A DNA stretch of 63,333 nt. Origin: Octopus bimaculoides (lineage: Eukaryota). The position numbers and the translations under genes are program-made. The notes under the pieces are model-generated. The model searched no databases. It was not told where the DNA came from and saw nothing but the letters and a program-made list of their open reading frames with translations. The DNA is taken from contig NC_069001.1 of the NCBI RefSeq assembly GCF_001194135.2, positions 35,711,353 to 35,774,685 on the forward strand, written 5' to 3'. Each line of letters starts with the position of its first letter. The stretch's first letter is position 1. Positions 13,346 through 25,538 of the stretch are shown one piece after another.

Positions 13346-14503
13346 CACACGTATGAACATGTATGTGTATATATGTGCTTGTATATGTATATGCATATGT
13401 ATTTATATATATATATACTTATATGTGTGCATATATGTATACACACACACATACATGCATATATATATGTGTCTGTGTTTTGTGGTGGTGAAGGAGAGAA
13501 ATTATTCATTGCTAGATCAAATTAGTAAATAACATTCACACATGAATGACTTTCGTCTCTTACATCCCCAGCTGCCTCCTCCCCTTCTGTTTGCTACTCC
13601 CTGTCTCCTGTTCCATTAAACTAAGCAGTAAGGAGGGGGGGGGCGATAAATGGTTGACAATGGTGGTGGTGGTGGTGTCTGTAACTGTGACTGAGTGGGA
13701 GGTGGGTGCTAGAGAGAGAGGGAGTGATGGCAATGACAATGTTGATGGTGGTGGTGGTGGTCGTGGTGTGATGACAGTAATGGTTGTGAACAACAAGCAA
13801 ACAAAAAAATAATAATAATAAACAAGCATGGACAAATAAACAAAGGCATGAGATCAGTAAGGAAGAGACCTGGTTGGTGGTCATTCATTGGAATGAAGAT
13901 GAGGAGGGGTGCGGAGAAGGAGGAACGGGGGGGGTCCCTGTGTGTGTGTGTGTGTGTGAGAGGAGGGGTTGGACACAGAGGGGTATGAACAAACGGAGGG
14001 GTGTTGTGTAGATAGGTGACCTGGCTGGTAATATTATCTGCAAAGAAAAAGGAAGAGAAAGAAAGAGAGACAGACAGACAGACAGACAGACTGACAGAGA
14101 CTGGTAAAAGTAACAAATATTTTCGTATCTCACCCCACCCCTCTCAGTCACATCCCACCCAACCACCCCTACCATTCTATCATTGGCATGGGCATCCCTG
14201 TCACCTGCACCACCGCCAGCCTCCTTCCATCTTATAGAGTGAGATTTGTCACGGTGGTGGTCGTGGGTGGTGGTCGTGGTCGTGGTGAGAGTGGTAAGAT
14301 GGCAAAAGCGATGACAAAACGACGGTGTTGACGATGACAATGGCAGCAGCAACAGCCCCAGACGTGGTCGGTTGGGTGGTGGTGGTGGTGGTGGCGGCGC
14401 TGGAGATCCGCCGGTCGCCGATTGTCATTGACGCAATCTGATCAACAACATCAATGACATCTCCAAATTATGATATCTTTGATACCAAACAGGGCCATCG
14501 CTT

Positions 14504-14631
14504 CTCCACCTCTCCCCTTATCTATCAATCTATCTCTCCACCTCTCCCTTTATCTATCAATCTATCTATCCACCTCTCCCCTTATCTATCAATCTATCTA
14601 CCCATCTCTCCCCTTATCTATCAATTTATCT
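14504..14631. repeat. 32-bp minisatellite x4
   Basis: Unit CTCCACCTCTCCCCTTATCTATCAATCTATCT at 14504, 14536, 14568, 14600 with 0-3 substitutions. Confidence 0.95.
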
Positions 14632-14893
14632 CTCTATCTCTCTATTTATCTCTCTCTCTCTAACTATCTATTTATCTGTCTAGACATCTATATCTTTATC
14701 TCTGTTTCTCTCTCTCAATTTCTATACTGATGACCTTCACGACCACCTCCACCACTTGCCCTCCTCCCCATCTTCTTTTCTATCCAAATTCCAATAGATA
14801 GATGAATAAATGGATGGATGGATGGATGATCGAATGGAATTTCTCCGTAAACACCATATTTATTCACACACATATATGTATATGTGTGTGTGC

Positions 14894-14940
<47 letters not shown>

Positions 14941-15250
14941 TATATATATGGGCATTTGTATTCATTTGCTTTCCTGCATATTTTCCCTCTCCGACCCCCA
15001 AATCCCCTCCTAAACCAAGATGGAATCAATCAGTGCATGTTGGAACTCTTTTATATTTATCACACACAAAATGTAAAACAAAATTGTTGTCAGTGATAAA
15101 AAAGAAAAGAAAAAAACTTTGCCTGTATAAACATATCTAGATATATTAAACATTACACATATTTGCAAACCATTCACACACACACAGATATATCAATAAT
15201 ATATCACTCATATATACATCTATAACTGTGTAACCTTTGATGGTAGCTAA

Positions 15251-15398
15251 TAGGTGCAGGTGTAGCTGTGTGGTAGAAAGTTTGCTTCCCAACCACATGG
15301 TTCTGGGTTCGATCCCACTGTGTGGTATCTTAGGCAAGTGCTTTTTACTATAGGCTCAAGCTGAACAAAGCTTTTGAGAATGAATTTGGGAACCCATC
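15251..15398 (+). mobile_element. SINE family A, 5' part
   Basis: TAGGTGCAGG..TGTGTGGTAG..GGTTCGATCCC..CTTAGGCAAGTG. Confidence 0.75.
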
Positions 15399-15419
15399 AT
15401 AGATACATATATATAGATA

Positions 15420-15661
15420 CACAGTTAGTCAAAAGTCACCTGACAGTAAATTAAATCCTATTTCATTCTAAGATTAAAACAAAAAATTATTTTATATGAG
15501 ACTTCGCTAATAAATAGACAAAGGTTGAAAAAAGAAACAGTGATTTTAATTAAGAGCATTCAATTATTAAACATTCATAATTGGAATGAATAAATAAAAT
15601 TGAATATTAAGTATTTATGGAATTTATGGATTTATTATCGAGTGACTTTTGGCCAACCCTG
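15420..15661. mobile_element. Tc1/mariner-type MITE, degenerate TIRs
   Basis: Left (TA)CACAGTTAGTCAAAAGTCAC versus right reverse complement CAGGGTTGGCCAAAAGTCAC; AT-rich interior without ORF. Confidence 0.6.
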
Positions 15662-15926
15662 TCTGTAACATTTTGGACTAATGGGTATATTTCAATTAGT
15701 GTGTTACTGTGTTGAGTAAAGCACTGGCATGGTTTTGGCTACCTGGTGCCATCTGCAGTTGGGGTATATTCCCGTTGGATCTACTTCAGGAATTCCACTG
15801 TGTTGAGATAATAATTGGTTAGGGAAACAGAAGATGGATTTGGTATAGGTCTTTATGTTACAGAGTTATACTAAATCCATGTTCTGTTTCCTTAATCAAT
15901 TATTTTATATATATATATATAAATAT

Positions 15927-15979
<53 letters not shown>

Positions 15980-16971
15980 NNNNNNNNNNNNNNNNNNNNN
16001 NNNNNNNNNNNNNNNNNNNNNNNNNNNNNNNNNNNNNNNNNNNNNNNNNNNNNNNNNNNNNNNNNNNNNNNNNNNNNNNNNNNNNNNNNNNNNNNNNNNN
16101 NNNNNNNNNNNNNNNNNNNNNNNNNNNNNNNACCACCACTGTAGGTTTGTGTATGTTCCAATCACTTAGCAGTTTGGCAAAACAGACCAATAAATAAGTA
16201 TGGATTTTCTTAGTTTCATCTTCATTGGATCCGCCGTTACCAACCGTATCCAAGGCTGATGGCATCACCTTTAGTTCCATGGTACTATCCTAAATGCCAA
16301 AACTGCAAATTCCTTTTGTCTGATGAAAGGGAAACTCCCAGCTCCCTTTGCACTGTATCAACCCGCTTTGTACCTTTCCTTACAAATACACACATACCCA
16401 AAAAAAAAAAAAAAGCACACACATTCTTGCATATATATTTTGTTTCAGTGTGTGTGTGTGTGTGTGTTTGCGATTAGGTCATTCGTTTAGGAGACACAAC
16501 CTATTTCCATTATGAAGTCCCAATCAACCGTTCATTTCGTTACCGTACAAACATTAGTACCAAAACACTCCAGTTCCTATTGTTGTATTCGTTGCACTAA
16601 CTCAGGCCTCGGTATTTTCATTAATCTAATTGCAAGTCAAACGAACACTTCACTCTAATAAGTTTATTGTTATTACTCTTATTATTATTATTGTTGTTGT
16701 TGTTGTTGTTGTTGCTAACGATGACAGTGAGTTGGCAGAATCATTAGAACATCAGAAAAAATGCATCACAGAATAAAGGAAAACGTTTTCTGCCAGTCAT
16801 CATGAATATCTCAGTTCCCATATCCTTCAGTCTCTTAGACAGCATTTTGGGGATTGTGCCAAGTGCACCAAAATACCATAAGAATAATTATCATCTCTGG
16901 CTTCTGCGATTTCTTCATTTCTTCATTTCTCTGGTTAGGTCCCGTTATTTCTCAGTTTTTCTCAATTTCAA

Positions 16972-17178
16972 GGCAGTGAGCTGGCAGAATCGTAAGCACC
17001 CCAGGTGAGATGCTTAGCTAGATTTCATCTGTCTTTACATTCTGAGTTCAAATTCTGCCACGGTTGACTTTGCCTTTCATCCTTTCAGCTTTGACAAAAT
17101 AAGTACCAGTTGAGTGCTGGGGGGGTCGATGTAATCGATTTATCCCCTCTTGTGAAATTGTTGGCTGTGTACCAAAAT
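16972..17178 (+). mobile_element. SINE family B, full length
   Basis: AGGCAGTGAGCTGGCAGAATCG head, TTCTGAGTTCAAATT, GACTTTGCCTTTCATCC Nin-like core. Confidence 0.85.
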
Positions 17179-17179
17179 T

Positions 17180-17445
17180 CTTCTTCTTCTTCTTTTTCTT
17201 CTTCTTCTTTTTTTTCTTCTTTTTCTTCTTCTTCTTCTTATTATTATTATTATTATCATTATTGTTGTTGTTGTTGTTGTATTTGGGGATGGTCAAAACA
17301 AATATAAAATATGGTCAAAACAAATATAAAAAGATATTATTATTATCATCATCATCATCATCATCAGTAGTAGTAGTAGTAGTAGTAGTATGGTGGTGGT
17401 GGTGGTGGTGGTGGTGGTGGTGGTGGTGGTGGTGGTGGTGGTGGT
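17180..17445. repeat. Stacked trinucleotide microsatellites
   Basis: (TTC)n>(TTA)n>(TTG)n, a 22-bp duplication, then (TCA)n>(GTA)n>(GGT)n. Confidence 0.95.
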
Positions 17446-17650
17446 GAGCTGGCAGAGTTAGTACATCGGATAAAATGCTAAGCAGCTGCACTTTTGGCTT
17501 TTTTTTGTGTTCAAATTCTATTTTGTAAACTTTACTTTTAATCCTCCTGGGGTCAATGATAAAAGTACCAGTTGAGCACCAGGGTCAACGAAAGCGACTT
17601 ACCTCCTCCCTTGAACTTGCTGGCCTCGTGCCAAAATTTGAATCATCATC
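17443..17650 (+). mobile_element. SINE family B, diverged
   Basis: GTGAGCTGGCAGA head, GTTCAAATT, AAAGTACCAG, GGCCTCGTGCC, (CAT)n. Confidence 0.7.
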
Positions 17651-18640
17651 ATAGTTTAGGAGAAAGCAGCTACAACCACGAGCATTTATGGACTCTGCTC
17701 CAGACTGGTCGCTAAGTTGATGTATTTTGATATTCATGTTCAACTGTTGCAAGGTGATGACTGCAGTAAAAACCATGAGGAAAGTAGGGAAGAGATTTCA
17801 TTGGGATAAAGTTTTGAAGAGGAAGGGTTGGGTGGAATAAAACTCACAAAATGCGAGTTAGTTAGTGTGAGGCCTGACGTGGTTTAACTGGTGAAGAGGA
17901 CTCAATATGGGCAGTGAAACAATGATAGATGACCATTGTGCTATGTGGCCTTGTCACGTAACAGAATCCTGCGCTTGCATTATCTTAACAACATCAAAGT
18001 TAGCAATATGACTGTCTTGATTAATGTGGAAGTGTTCAATAAGTTTGTTATCAGAATGATTGATAATTAATTCTGAGAAAATATTGCATGAGAGGAAGTG
18101 ATGTGAATTTATTTGAAGATAAAATGCTCCTGGCAACCACCTGCTGTTTCACATGTAAATTACATCAATGGTTGTACTAATAGAAACTTATGTTTGGTAG
18201 TACACTAACACAATTACATGCAATACTATTGCTGGAGTTAATTAAACAATTTATATAACTTTTGGGAATAGCTAACTTAATTAGGTTTTGCTTTTTTTTT
18301 TTTAATTAAGGAATTGAATTTTGTTACAGTTAAAGGAAAAATAATTTTTTTCTTTTTCGGTATTCAGTTTATTTAAAACTTTATTTAAAACTTTATCTAT
18401 GAAGAATGTCTTTCATTAAATATTCTGTTTACAGTCATAAAAAAGGTGAAAGTAAATTTTCTTAAAAAACTGAAAGTAAATTGCAATAGAAACTGGAAGT
18501 GACATTCTATCATTTCATGTTAGCAGTGTATGTAACATAACCATTGTATAGAATGTACATATATTTAATATATTATGAAAAAATCATACATGCATTTTAT
18601 GTAAGATGAAAACAGCTACACTTCTTAGTCCTGATGTTTG

Positions 18641-18800
18641 TTGCTGACTACAGATGCTGGTGTGTTTGCGTTCGTGTGACTTTGCAGTTCAGCAAAAGAG
18701 ATCAATAGAATAAGTACTAACTTACAAAGAATAAGTCCTAGGGTCAATTTCTTTGACTAAAAATCCGTTTAAGGCGGTGCTCCAGCATGGCTGCAGTCAT
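18641..18800 (+). mobile_element. SINE family A, 3' half
   Basis: GATGCTGGTGTGTTT..GCAGTTCAGCAAAAGAGA..AGAATAAGTACT..GGTGCTCCAGCATGG. Confidence 0.8.
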
Positions 18801-18877
18801 TCATCAGAACAGTACACCTCAGCTGCAACTTTTGGAATACCTAAAGAACATCACTAGAAGGTACAAAATATAAATCA

Positions 18878-19050
18878 TAGTAAATCCCAAAAAACGAACA
18901 ACGCGAGGACGTGGTACATGTAAAGTATTAGCAGATGCTCAGGGAAGAAAAGAAAGATGGTTTAACGTTTCGAGCAAAGCTCTTCTTCAGAAACAGAGGA
19001 AAGTCCAATAGAAAAGGAAGACGGAGGAAAAAAAATAGTCAACGATTCAC
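18878..19050 (-). mobile_element. Short Penelope-like non-autonomous element (pLTR-like) with hammerhead motif
   Basis: Homologous to 52172-52362 (GTATTAG..ATGCTCAG..TTTAACGTTTCGAGC); pyrimidine tract upstream of the ribozyme motif. Confidence 0.6.
18960..18994 (-). ncRNA. Minimal type-I hammerhead ribozyme motif
   Basis: Minus strand GUUU-CUGAAGA-A-GAGC(UUU)GCUC-GAAAC-GU-U-AAAC: intact CUGANGA and GAAA cores, stem I GUUU/AAAC, stem II GAGC/GCUC, palindromic stem III. Confidence 0.75.
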
Positions 19051-20056
19051 ATGTGGTTACATTTTGAAATGTGTTGGTGTATCTTAGGCAACATGGTTAG
19101 AATGTAACAAGACAAAGGGTAATATAATTAGAAGAAGAGATTAGGGAGGTAAACGAGGAGGGTGAAATAGAATATAATAAAACGAAATAGAAAGTAAGAG
19201 GAAATACTTATTAATCTACTTTTATATCTGTGAACCTTTTGTATGTTCTTAATCTCTTACATCCACGAAGCTTTAAAACTTATAAATTCCTAAATCAATT
19301 TTGCAATATTTAACCTGCCTCTGCCTCCTTCTACTCTACTACTTTTTACTTTATATTGTATTTTATCTTGTTTTATTTCATTTTAATTTAGTTTAGTTTA
19401 CCTCTACTCCTTTACTTTCCAAACCTCTCCTACAAACAGTGTTTCCTTGTTATCTTACAATAATATACGTGATATCTGTGGATGTAGCACAATGAAGGAA
19501 ACTATAGAAACTACCAGTTTCTATAGCAATTTACTTTCACGTTTTTTAGGACAATTTACTTGCACTATTTTATTACCATAAACTGCATGTTAACCCATTC
19601 ATCTTCTTCTCAGTGGTTTTGGTATTAAACGAAATACAAATATGAATGAAAATATTAACCCTCTCTTGGGGTTGTTAATTTCCGTGAGAGCAATATCGTC
19701 GATGTATGTAATATGGACAAACAGTTGAATTAGGTCACACGTTCATTCAAGGTTTATATTTTCTTTTTTAATTTGTATATTATAGCTTCTTCCTCTTATT
19801 TTGTTCTTCCTTTTCCTTTTCTGTATTAATGAGATCAACTTATAACTTGCTTGTTAGCAAGTGGTTAGTTTTGTAAATAAATTGAATTAAAACAAGTCAA
19901 TTAGAAAGTAATTAATACTGCAGTGTAAGCAGTTAGTTTACCTGATATTTAATATTATAATTAACTAAACTGAAAATTTCTGCAAGTAATTTGAGAAAAG
20001 TTTAGATTTGTTAAATTAAAATTTAATCCATTCATTTCCCATTTTCATAATTAATT

Positions 20057-20089
<33 letters not shown>

Positions 20090-20614
20090 GGTATTAATGT
20101 GCGAGATCAAATAGGGGACAATAAAATAGCCTCACATTTCACAGGGTGACAAATGTTTTAGAAGCAGATATGTTTGCTTTTAAAATTGAAGACTTTATTT
20201 GAAAAACATCCATTTTTCAGAAAGAAGGTGGGTGGAGGAACACTTCTGTAGTTATACAGGAAATTTTTATCCTTATAATAGAAACATTCTCAAAAGAAAA
20301 AAAAAGGAGGTATTAAAAAGTTTTCTGTTAAAACATTTCCTTTAATTAGGAGAAACAATTATTTGCTGTCCTTTTGTCTGTTGTGAGTAGACAAAAAATA
20401 TAATTGCCATTAGTGAGACAAGGGTTTCTTTGACTAACAAGCAAACACACACACACATACACAAACACACACACACACACACACACACATACACATATAT
20501 ATAAGCACATACACACACATACTCATACAGAAACACATGGAGACATGCATACTCACAATCACACACACTTTTTGAGCTCCTCTTGTATAACTACATGGTT
20601 CGAATGACTCAAAG

Positions 20615-20680
20615 CCATGGTTCCCAACATGGGGCCCGTGGATCCCTGGTTGTCCTCAAAGCTAGTACTGGGGGTCCGTA
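20615..20680 (+). mobile_element. Possible hAT-type terminal fragment
   Basis: CCATGGTTCCCAAC.TGGGGCCCGTGGA.CCCTGG..GGGGGTCCG resembles Charlie/hAT left ends; no partner end seen. Confidence 0.35.
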
Positions 20681-20685
20681 AACTA

Positions 20686-20922
20686 CAGGGTGGCCCCAAA
20701 GTAGGTTTACAGTTATTCAACTATCTCCTTCACATTCATATATTAACAGTTTAGATCTTAATTATAAGACAATATGAAACCCTTACTCTATGTTAATTTA
20801 GTTAATTTTGTCAAGCTCCCTTTTCACTCTGTAAGATAGAAATTTAAATGTAATAAGATGTTTTAAAAGAAATTTAAAGTGCCTATGGGTTAACTGTAAA
20901 CCTACTTTTGGTTCTCTCCCTT
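20686..20922. mobile_element. Tc1/mariner-type MITE
   Basis: Left (TA)CAGGGTGGCCCCAAAGTAGGTTTACAGTT; right AACTGTAAACCTACTTTTGG..CCCT; shared CAAAGTAGGTTTACAGTT core. Confidence 0.65.
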
Positions 20923-20924
20923 GG

Positions 20925-21140
20925 CCAATGCCAGTACTGCCTGACTGGCCTGTGTGCCAGGAGCATGTAAAAGCACCCATTACACTCTTGGAGTGGTTGG
21001 TGTTAGGAAGGGCATCCAGCTGTAGAAACTGTGCCACATCAGATTGGAGACTGGTGCAGCCACCTGGCTCACCAGCCCTCGGTCAAACCGTCCAACCCAT
21101 GCCAGCATGGAAAGTGGACGTTAAACAACAACGACGATGA
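20925..21140 (+). mobile_element. SINE-like family C
   Basis: GCCAGTACTGCCTGACTGGC unit, GTTAGGAAGGGCATCCAGC, CATGGAAAGTGGACGTTAAAC tail. Confidence 0.85.
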
Positions 21141-21181
<41 letters not shown>

Positions 21182-22086
21182 TACTGGGGTCAATTTGCTT
21201 AGGTAAAACCCTTCATGGTGTTGCACCAGCATGGTCACAGTCCAGTGACTAAAACATGTGAAAGGTGAAAGATAAAAGACGCACACACACACACACANNN
21301 NNNNNNNNNNNNNNNNNNNNNNNNNNNNNNNNNNNNNNNNNNNNNNNNNNNNNNNNNNNNNNNNNNNNNNNNNNNNNNNNNNNNNNNNNNNNNNNNNNNN
21401 NNNNNNNNNNNNNNNNNNNNNNNNNNNNNNNNNNNNNNNNNNNNNNNNNNNNNNNNNNNNNNNNNNNNNNNNNNNNNNNNNNNNNNNNNNNNNNNNNNNN
21501 NNNNNNNNNNNNNNNNNNNNNNNNNNNNNNNNNNNNNNNNNNNNNNNNNNNNNNNNNNNNNNNNNNNNNNNNNNNNNNNNNNNNNNNNNNNNNNNNNNNN
21601 NNNNNNNNNNNNNNNCCCACCACTACCATCACCCCCACCACCAATGCTACCACCACCATCATCACCCCCACCACCAACGCTACCACCACCATCACCCCAC
21701 CACCACTACCATCACCCCACCACCATCATCACCACCATCATCACCATCCTTTTGTATTAGATTGAGTTAAAGCATTGCCTTTGTCTTCTCTTTATTCTTA
21801 GTAAATAATCTCGCTTTTAATAAGTCTTCAACATGTTTTCAGATCAATATATCAATATTGATCTTTCTGCCTTTGGAACGTGACCACACATTCTGAAGTT
21901 AGCGACGTGACTTTGATGCCGCCATAGCAGCCGCAGCAGACAATATTTTGCAACCATCGTCCAAAATGTCAGTCAATAAATATTCTTGTGTTTTGCCGCT
22001 GACATCTGAAAAGCTGACATAATGAGCCAAATAAGGAAATTCGCATGCTTGCCAAACACATTTAACTTCCTGTTTATCTGGTTTCT

Positions 22087-22919
22087 TTCGTGATTTAATT
22101 CAATATTGGACAGCGTGGCATCACAGAAACTTGGTAAAAATTTTCTCTCAGAAGCAAATTTGAACATCGATAAAGAGAATTAGTTGAAACTTATGGCTTT
22201 CTAGCCTTGCTAGAAATGAAAATGTATGTCTTTAAAAATTTAAAGCATTTATTAAAAAGGCCTTATGTCTGTGATGTTAGCCAAGTGTTCATTCCTGCCC
22301 CAAATATATTATAGACGGAATAGAAACAGTTGCAGAATTTTCGTGATTTAATTCAATATTGGACAGTATGATATGATGTAAATTTGGTAAAAATTTTGTC
22401 TCAGAAGAAAATTTGAACATCGATAAAGAAAACTGTTGGGAATAAGTAGAAAGTTATTGTGTATAGCCTCGCTAGAATTTTTACAGCTAGAAATAAAAAT
22501 GTGTCTTTAAAATTTAATGCATTTGTTTATATGGCCCTGAGTTTAAGATATTGCCAAGTGTTAATTCATGGCCCACTTATATGCTATAGATAGAATAGAA
22601 ACAGTTTCAGAATTTCCATGGTTTAATTCAGTATTTGACTGCATGGCACCACAAAATCTCGGTAAATATTTTCTCTCAGAAGCAAATTTGAACATTGCTA
22701 AAATAAATTGTTGAGAATTAGTGGAATCTTATGGTTTTCTAACCTCTCTAGAATTTTTACTGCAAGAAATAAAAATGTATGTCTTTAAAATTTAATGCAT
22801 TTATTTATAAGGCTTAGAGTCAAAGATGCTGCCAAGCGTTGGTTCTTGTAGACTGTATGTATATATGGTGTAGGAATTAACACTTGGCAACATCTTAGAC
22901 TCAAAGCCTTATAAATAAA
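22087..22919. repeat. Three diverged ~253-275 bp tandem units plus terminal 41-bp inverted repeat
   Basis: Units start near 22087, 22340, 22614 (T(G/A)TTTAATTCA..CTCAGAAG.AAATTTGAACAT..TGTCTTTAAAA..GCCAAG); arms 22800-22840 and 22879-22919 match 37/41. Confidence 0.9.
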
Positions 22920-22959
22920 GTGGTATAAAGTGTCAATTGCTTGCAGTCCACTGCAAAAA

Positions 22960-23115
22960 CATGTCTGGTCTGCTTGTTGTTTGATAACGTAGCAGATTAT
23001 TACATCACTTGGAAACAAGAAAGGCATCCAGCCATAGAAACCCTACCCTGGCATACTTTTCATCTGACCTTTGCAAACATGGAATGGAAAAGCCAACATT
23101 AAAACGATGATGGTG
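22960..23115 (+). mobile_element. SINE fragment, alternative 3' module
   Basis: AAACATGTCTGG..AAGGCATCCAGC..ATGGAAAAG..CATTAAAACGATGATG. Confidence 0.55.
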
Positions 23116-23726
23116 ACTTACATATATTCTTCAAAAAGGATCGGTTTATTTTCTTGCTGTGCAAAAAATGGGATGGCTCATCAAACATCAGGCCCTCTCC
23201 CAGTTGTTTTATATGGGTTAAGCACCGGCGTTTAGAGATTTGTGGTATGCGAAAATATAAATTGAATCTTCATCATCATTGTCGTTGTCATCATCATTCT
23301 CACCATCATTCTCACCATCATTCTCCTCCTCCTCATCATCATCATAATCACTGTCAATGTCAGAGCAAAAGCAACCACAAGGAAATTTCAGATTTTTTCT
23401 TTTCTTCTTTCGTTTTCAAGTATTTCCTCAACCTCCTCCAGACAGTTTATTATCCTTTCAACTTTATATAAATTCATATTTGTTTATTTTTACTGTAAAA
23501 ATAAAAAAAATAAAATGAAATAATTATGGTCACAGCTCTTGAACTGAAAACTAGTTAAAGAGTTAATTAAATAAAAGCAAAAGAATAATTATTCCCTTAT
23601 CAAATTATTTTATATTATTATTTTTCTTTTTTGTCATAAAAAAAAATTATCATAATAGTTGAAAATCTGTATCTTATTCTTTTTGTATATGTGTGTTTCG
23701 GTTTCCACATGTTACTTTACTTAAAA

Positions 23727-23875
23727 TGGGTGCAGGTATAGCCATGTGGTTCAGGCATTAGCTCTGTAACCATGTGGTTTCTGGTTCTGTTCCATTGTGT
23801 GGAACTTTCGGTCTGTGTCTTCTTTGACTTTAGCTTTGGACTGACCCCTGCTGGGTGAGAGGAATTTTGCAGATG
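23727..23875 (+). mobile_element. SINE family A head, old copy
   Basis: TGGGTGCAGG..AACCATGTGGTT..GTGTCTTCT. Confidence 0.5.
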
Positions 23876-24007
23876 TACATATAACCACAGGTGTCATCCA
23901 CAAGTGTGTATGACCTGTTGTCACGTACCATGACAAGAGAAACTGTGACTGCTTGCTGCACTTTAGTGCAAGCAATTGCACATGTAAATGCAGTCACACA
24001 ATCAAAT

Positions 24008-24515
24008 CATTATCATCATCTTAATGTTCACTTTTCCATGCTCATATGAGTCAGATGGAATTTATCAAGGCAGATTTTCCACAGCTGGATGCCCTTGCTG
24101 TTGCCAACCCTTACCCATTTCTATATAAGATAATATTTCTCCATGGCCAGACATGTTTCCGCAGAAGATTGGAAATGAACGACACTGCATGTATGACAAT
24201 GACACTCATTTACGACTATCACTTGATGTCAAGACAAGGAGACGCAAACACACATGGATACACACACACACACAACATACACACACACACACACATATAT
24301 ATGATGGGCTTCTGTCAGTTTTCAGCAACCAAACCTACTCAGTATGTGTTGACCAGTCTGGAGTTATAATAGAAAACACCAGTCTTCTACTATACTAAGA
24401 CAATCATGTTGTTTTGGGTTCAATCCCACTGCATAACACCAAGGTGCCGCGCAGTGGGACTGAACCACAAACAACGTTTGAGAAATGAACTTCTTAACCA
24501 CACAGCCATGGCCAC
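24008..24515 (-). mobile_element. Chimeric SINE: family A head and microsatellite with C-type 3' module
   Basis: Minus strand: A-type head (24515-24300), (TG)n, then GGTTGGCAACAGCAAGGGCATCCAGCTG..CATGGAAAAGTGAACATTAA(GAT)n. Confidence 0.7.
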
Positions 24516-24910
24516 ATACCACAATTCCAATCCTACGGTCGGAGATTTCTTACAATGTTTTGTCTTCGCAGTAGGTTTTCTTTTTTTTTTGTTGTTTTCA
24601 AATCAAAGAACTTCTCTTGTTCTTCAAATTGTCAAACAAAAATAAATACCGATTCTTTGGGGATTTCAGGCAGCTTGTGATATACTGGCATTATGGTTAT
24701 AACTAGAATCATCTGTCATCTATTATTGTCTTTGGTACTTAACCCACATGAGACCAATCCTGGTTCTCTGATATGGAATCAGCCATTTCTAAAGGAATCG
24801 TGTGTAAATGAAGAAAATGAAAAGAGAAAGAAAGAAATTAGCTTCTGTTGTATTTTAATGCTGGAAACTTTTGTCTTTCTTTGTATTACATGCACCAGCT
24901 TAATAATAAC

Positions 24911-24957
<47 letters not shown>

Positions 24958-24974
24958 TAATAATTCTTCAATAA

Positions 24975-25150
24975 GAAACAAGGCCTGAAATTTGAGGGGA
25001 AGGGGATAGTCGATTACATCAAGCCCAGCGCTTAACTGGTACTTATTTCATTGACCCCGCCAAAGTATGGAAAGCAAAGTCAACCTCGGTGGAATTTGAA
25101 CTGAGAATGTAAAGATGGACAAAATGCCATTAAGCTTTTGCCTGATGTGC
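24975..25150 (-). mobile_element. SINE family B
   Basis: ACAAGGCCTGAAATT..CTGGTACTTATTT..AGCAAAGTCAACCTCGG..ATTTGAACT; (TAA)n flanks. Confidence 0.8.
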
Positions 25151-25171
25151 TAACCATTCTGCCAGCTCAGA

Positions 25172-25225
<54 letters not shown>

Positions 25226-25496
25226 CTTGGTAATTTTAGGCTGATTTCTTCCAAATTTCTTGATCATTTTCCAAAACTATGGCAAACACATAAGCAGCGT
25301 TTCTCATCAGAAAGAAATATAATCATGAAGTAGTTAATTGGTGGGTTAATTGGTGACATTTTATAAACATGGAAATGCTTAACTCTTGGCAGGGTTATTT
25401 TCTTTTTTCTTTTTCTTTGTTATTTTCTTTTTTTTTTTTTTGCTCCTGAGTCTTAGATGCTATGGATATAACATCTGAACAGAATACCAAAATATT

Positions 25497-25538
<42 letters not shown>

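Noticed and set aside
17048-17296. Poly-Asn/poly-Lys ORF
   Set aside because: Reverse translation of (TTG)(TTA)(TTC)n tracts plus SINE sequence.
19502-19526. 11-bp perfect hairpin CTATAGAAACT-ACC-AGTTTCTATAG
   Set aside because: Short and AT-rich, plausible by chance or local slippage; no supporting context.
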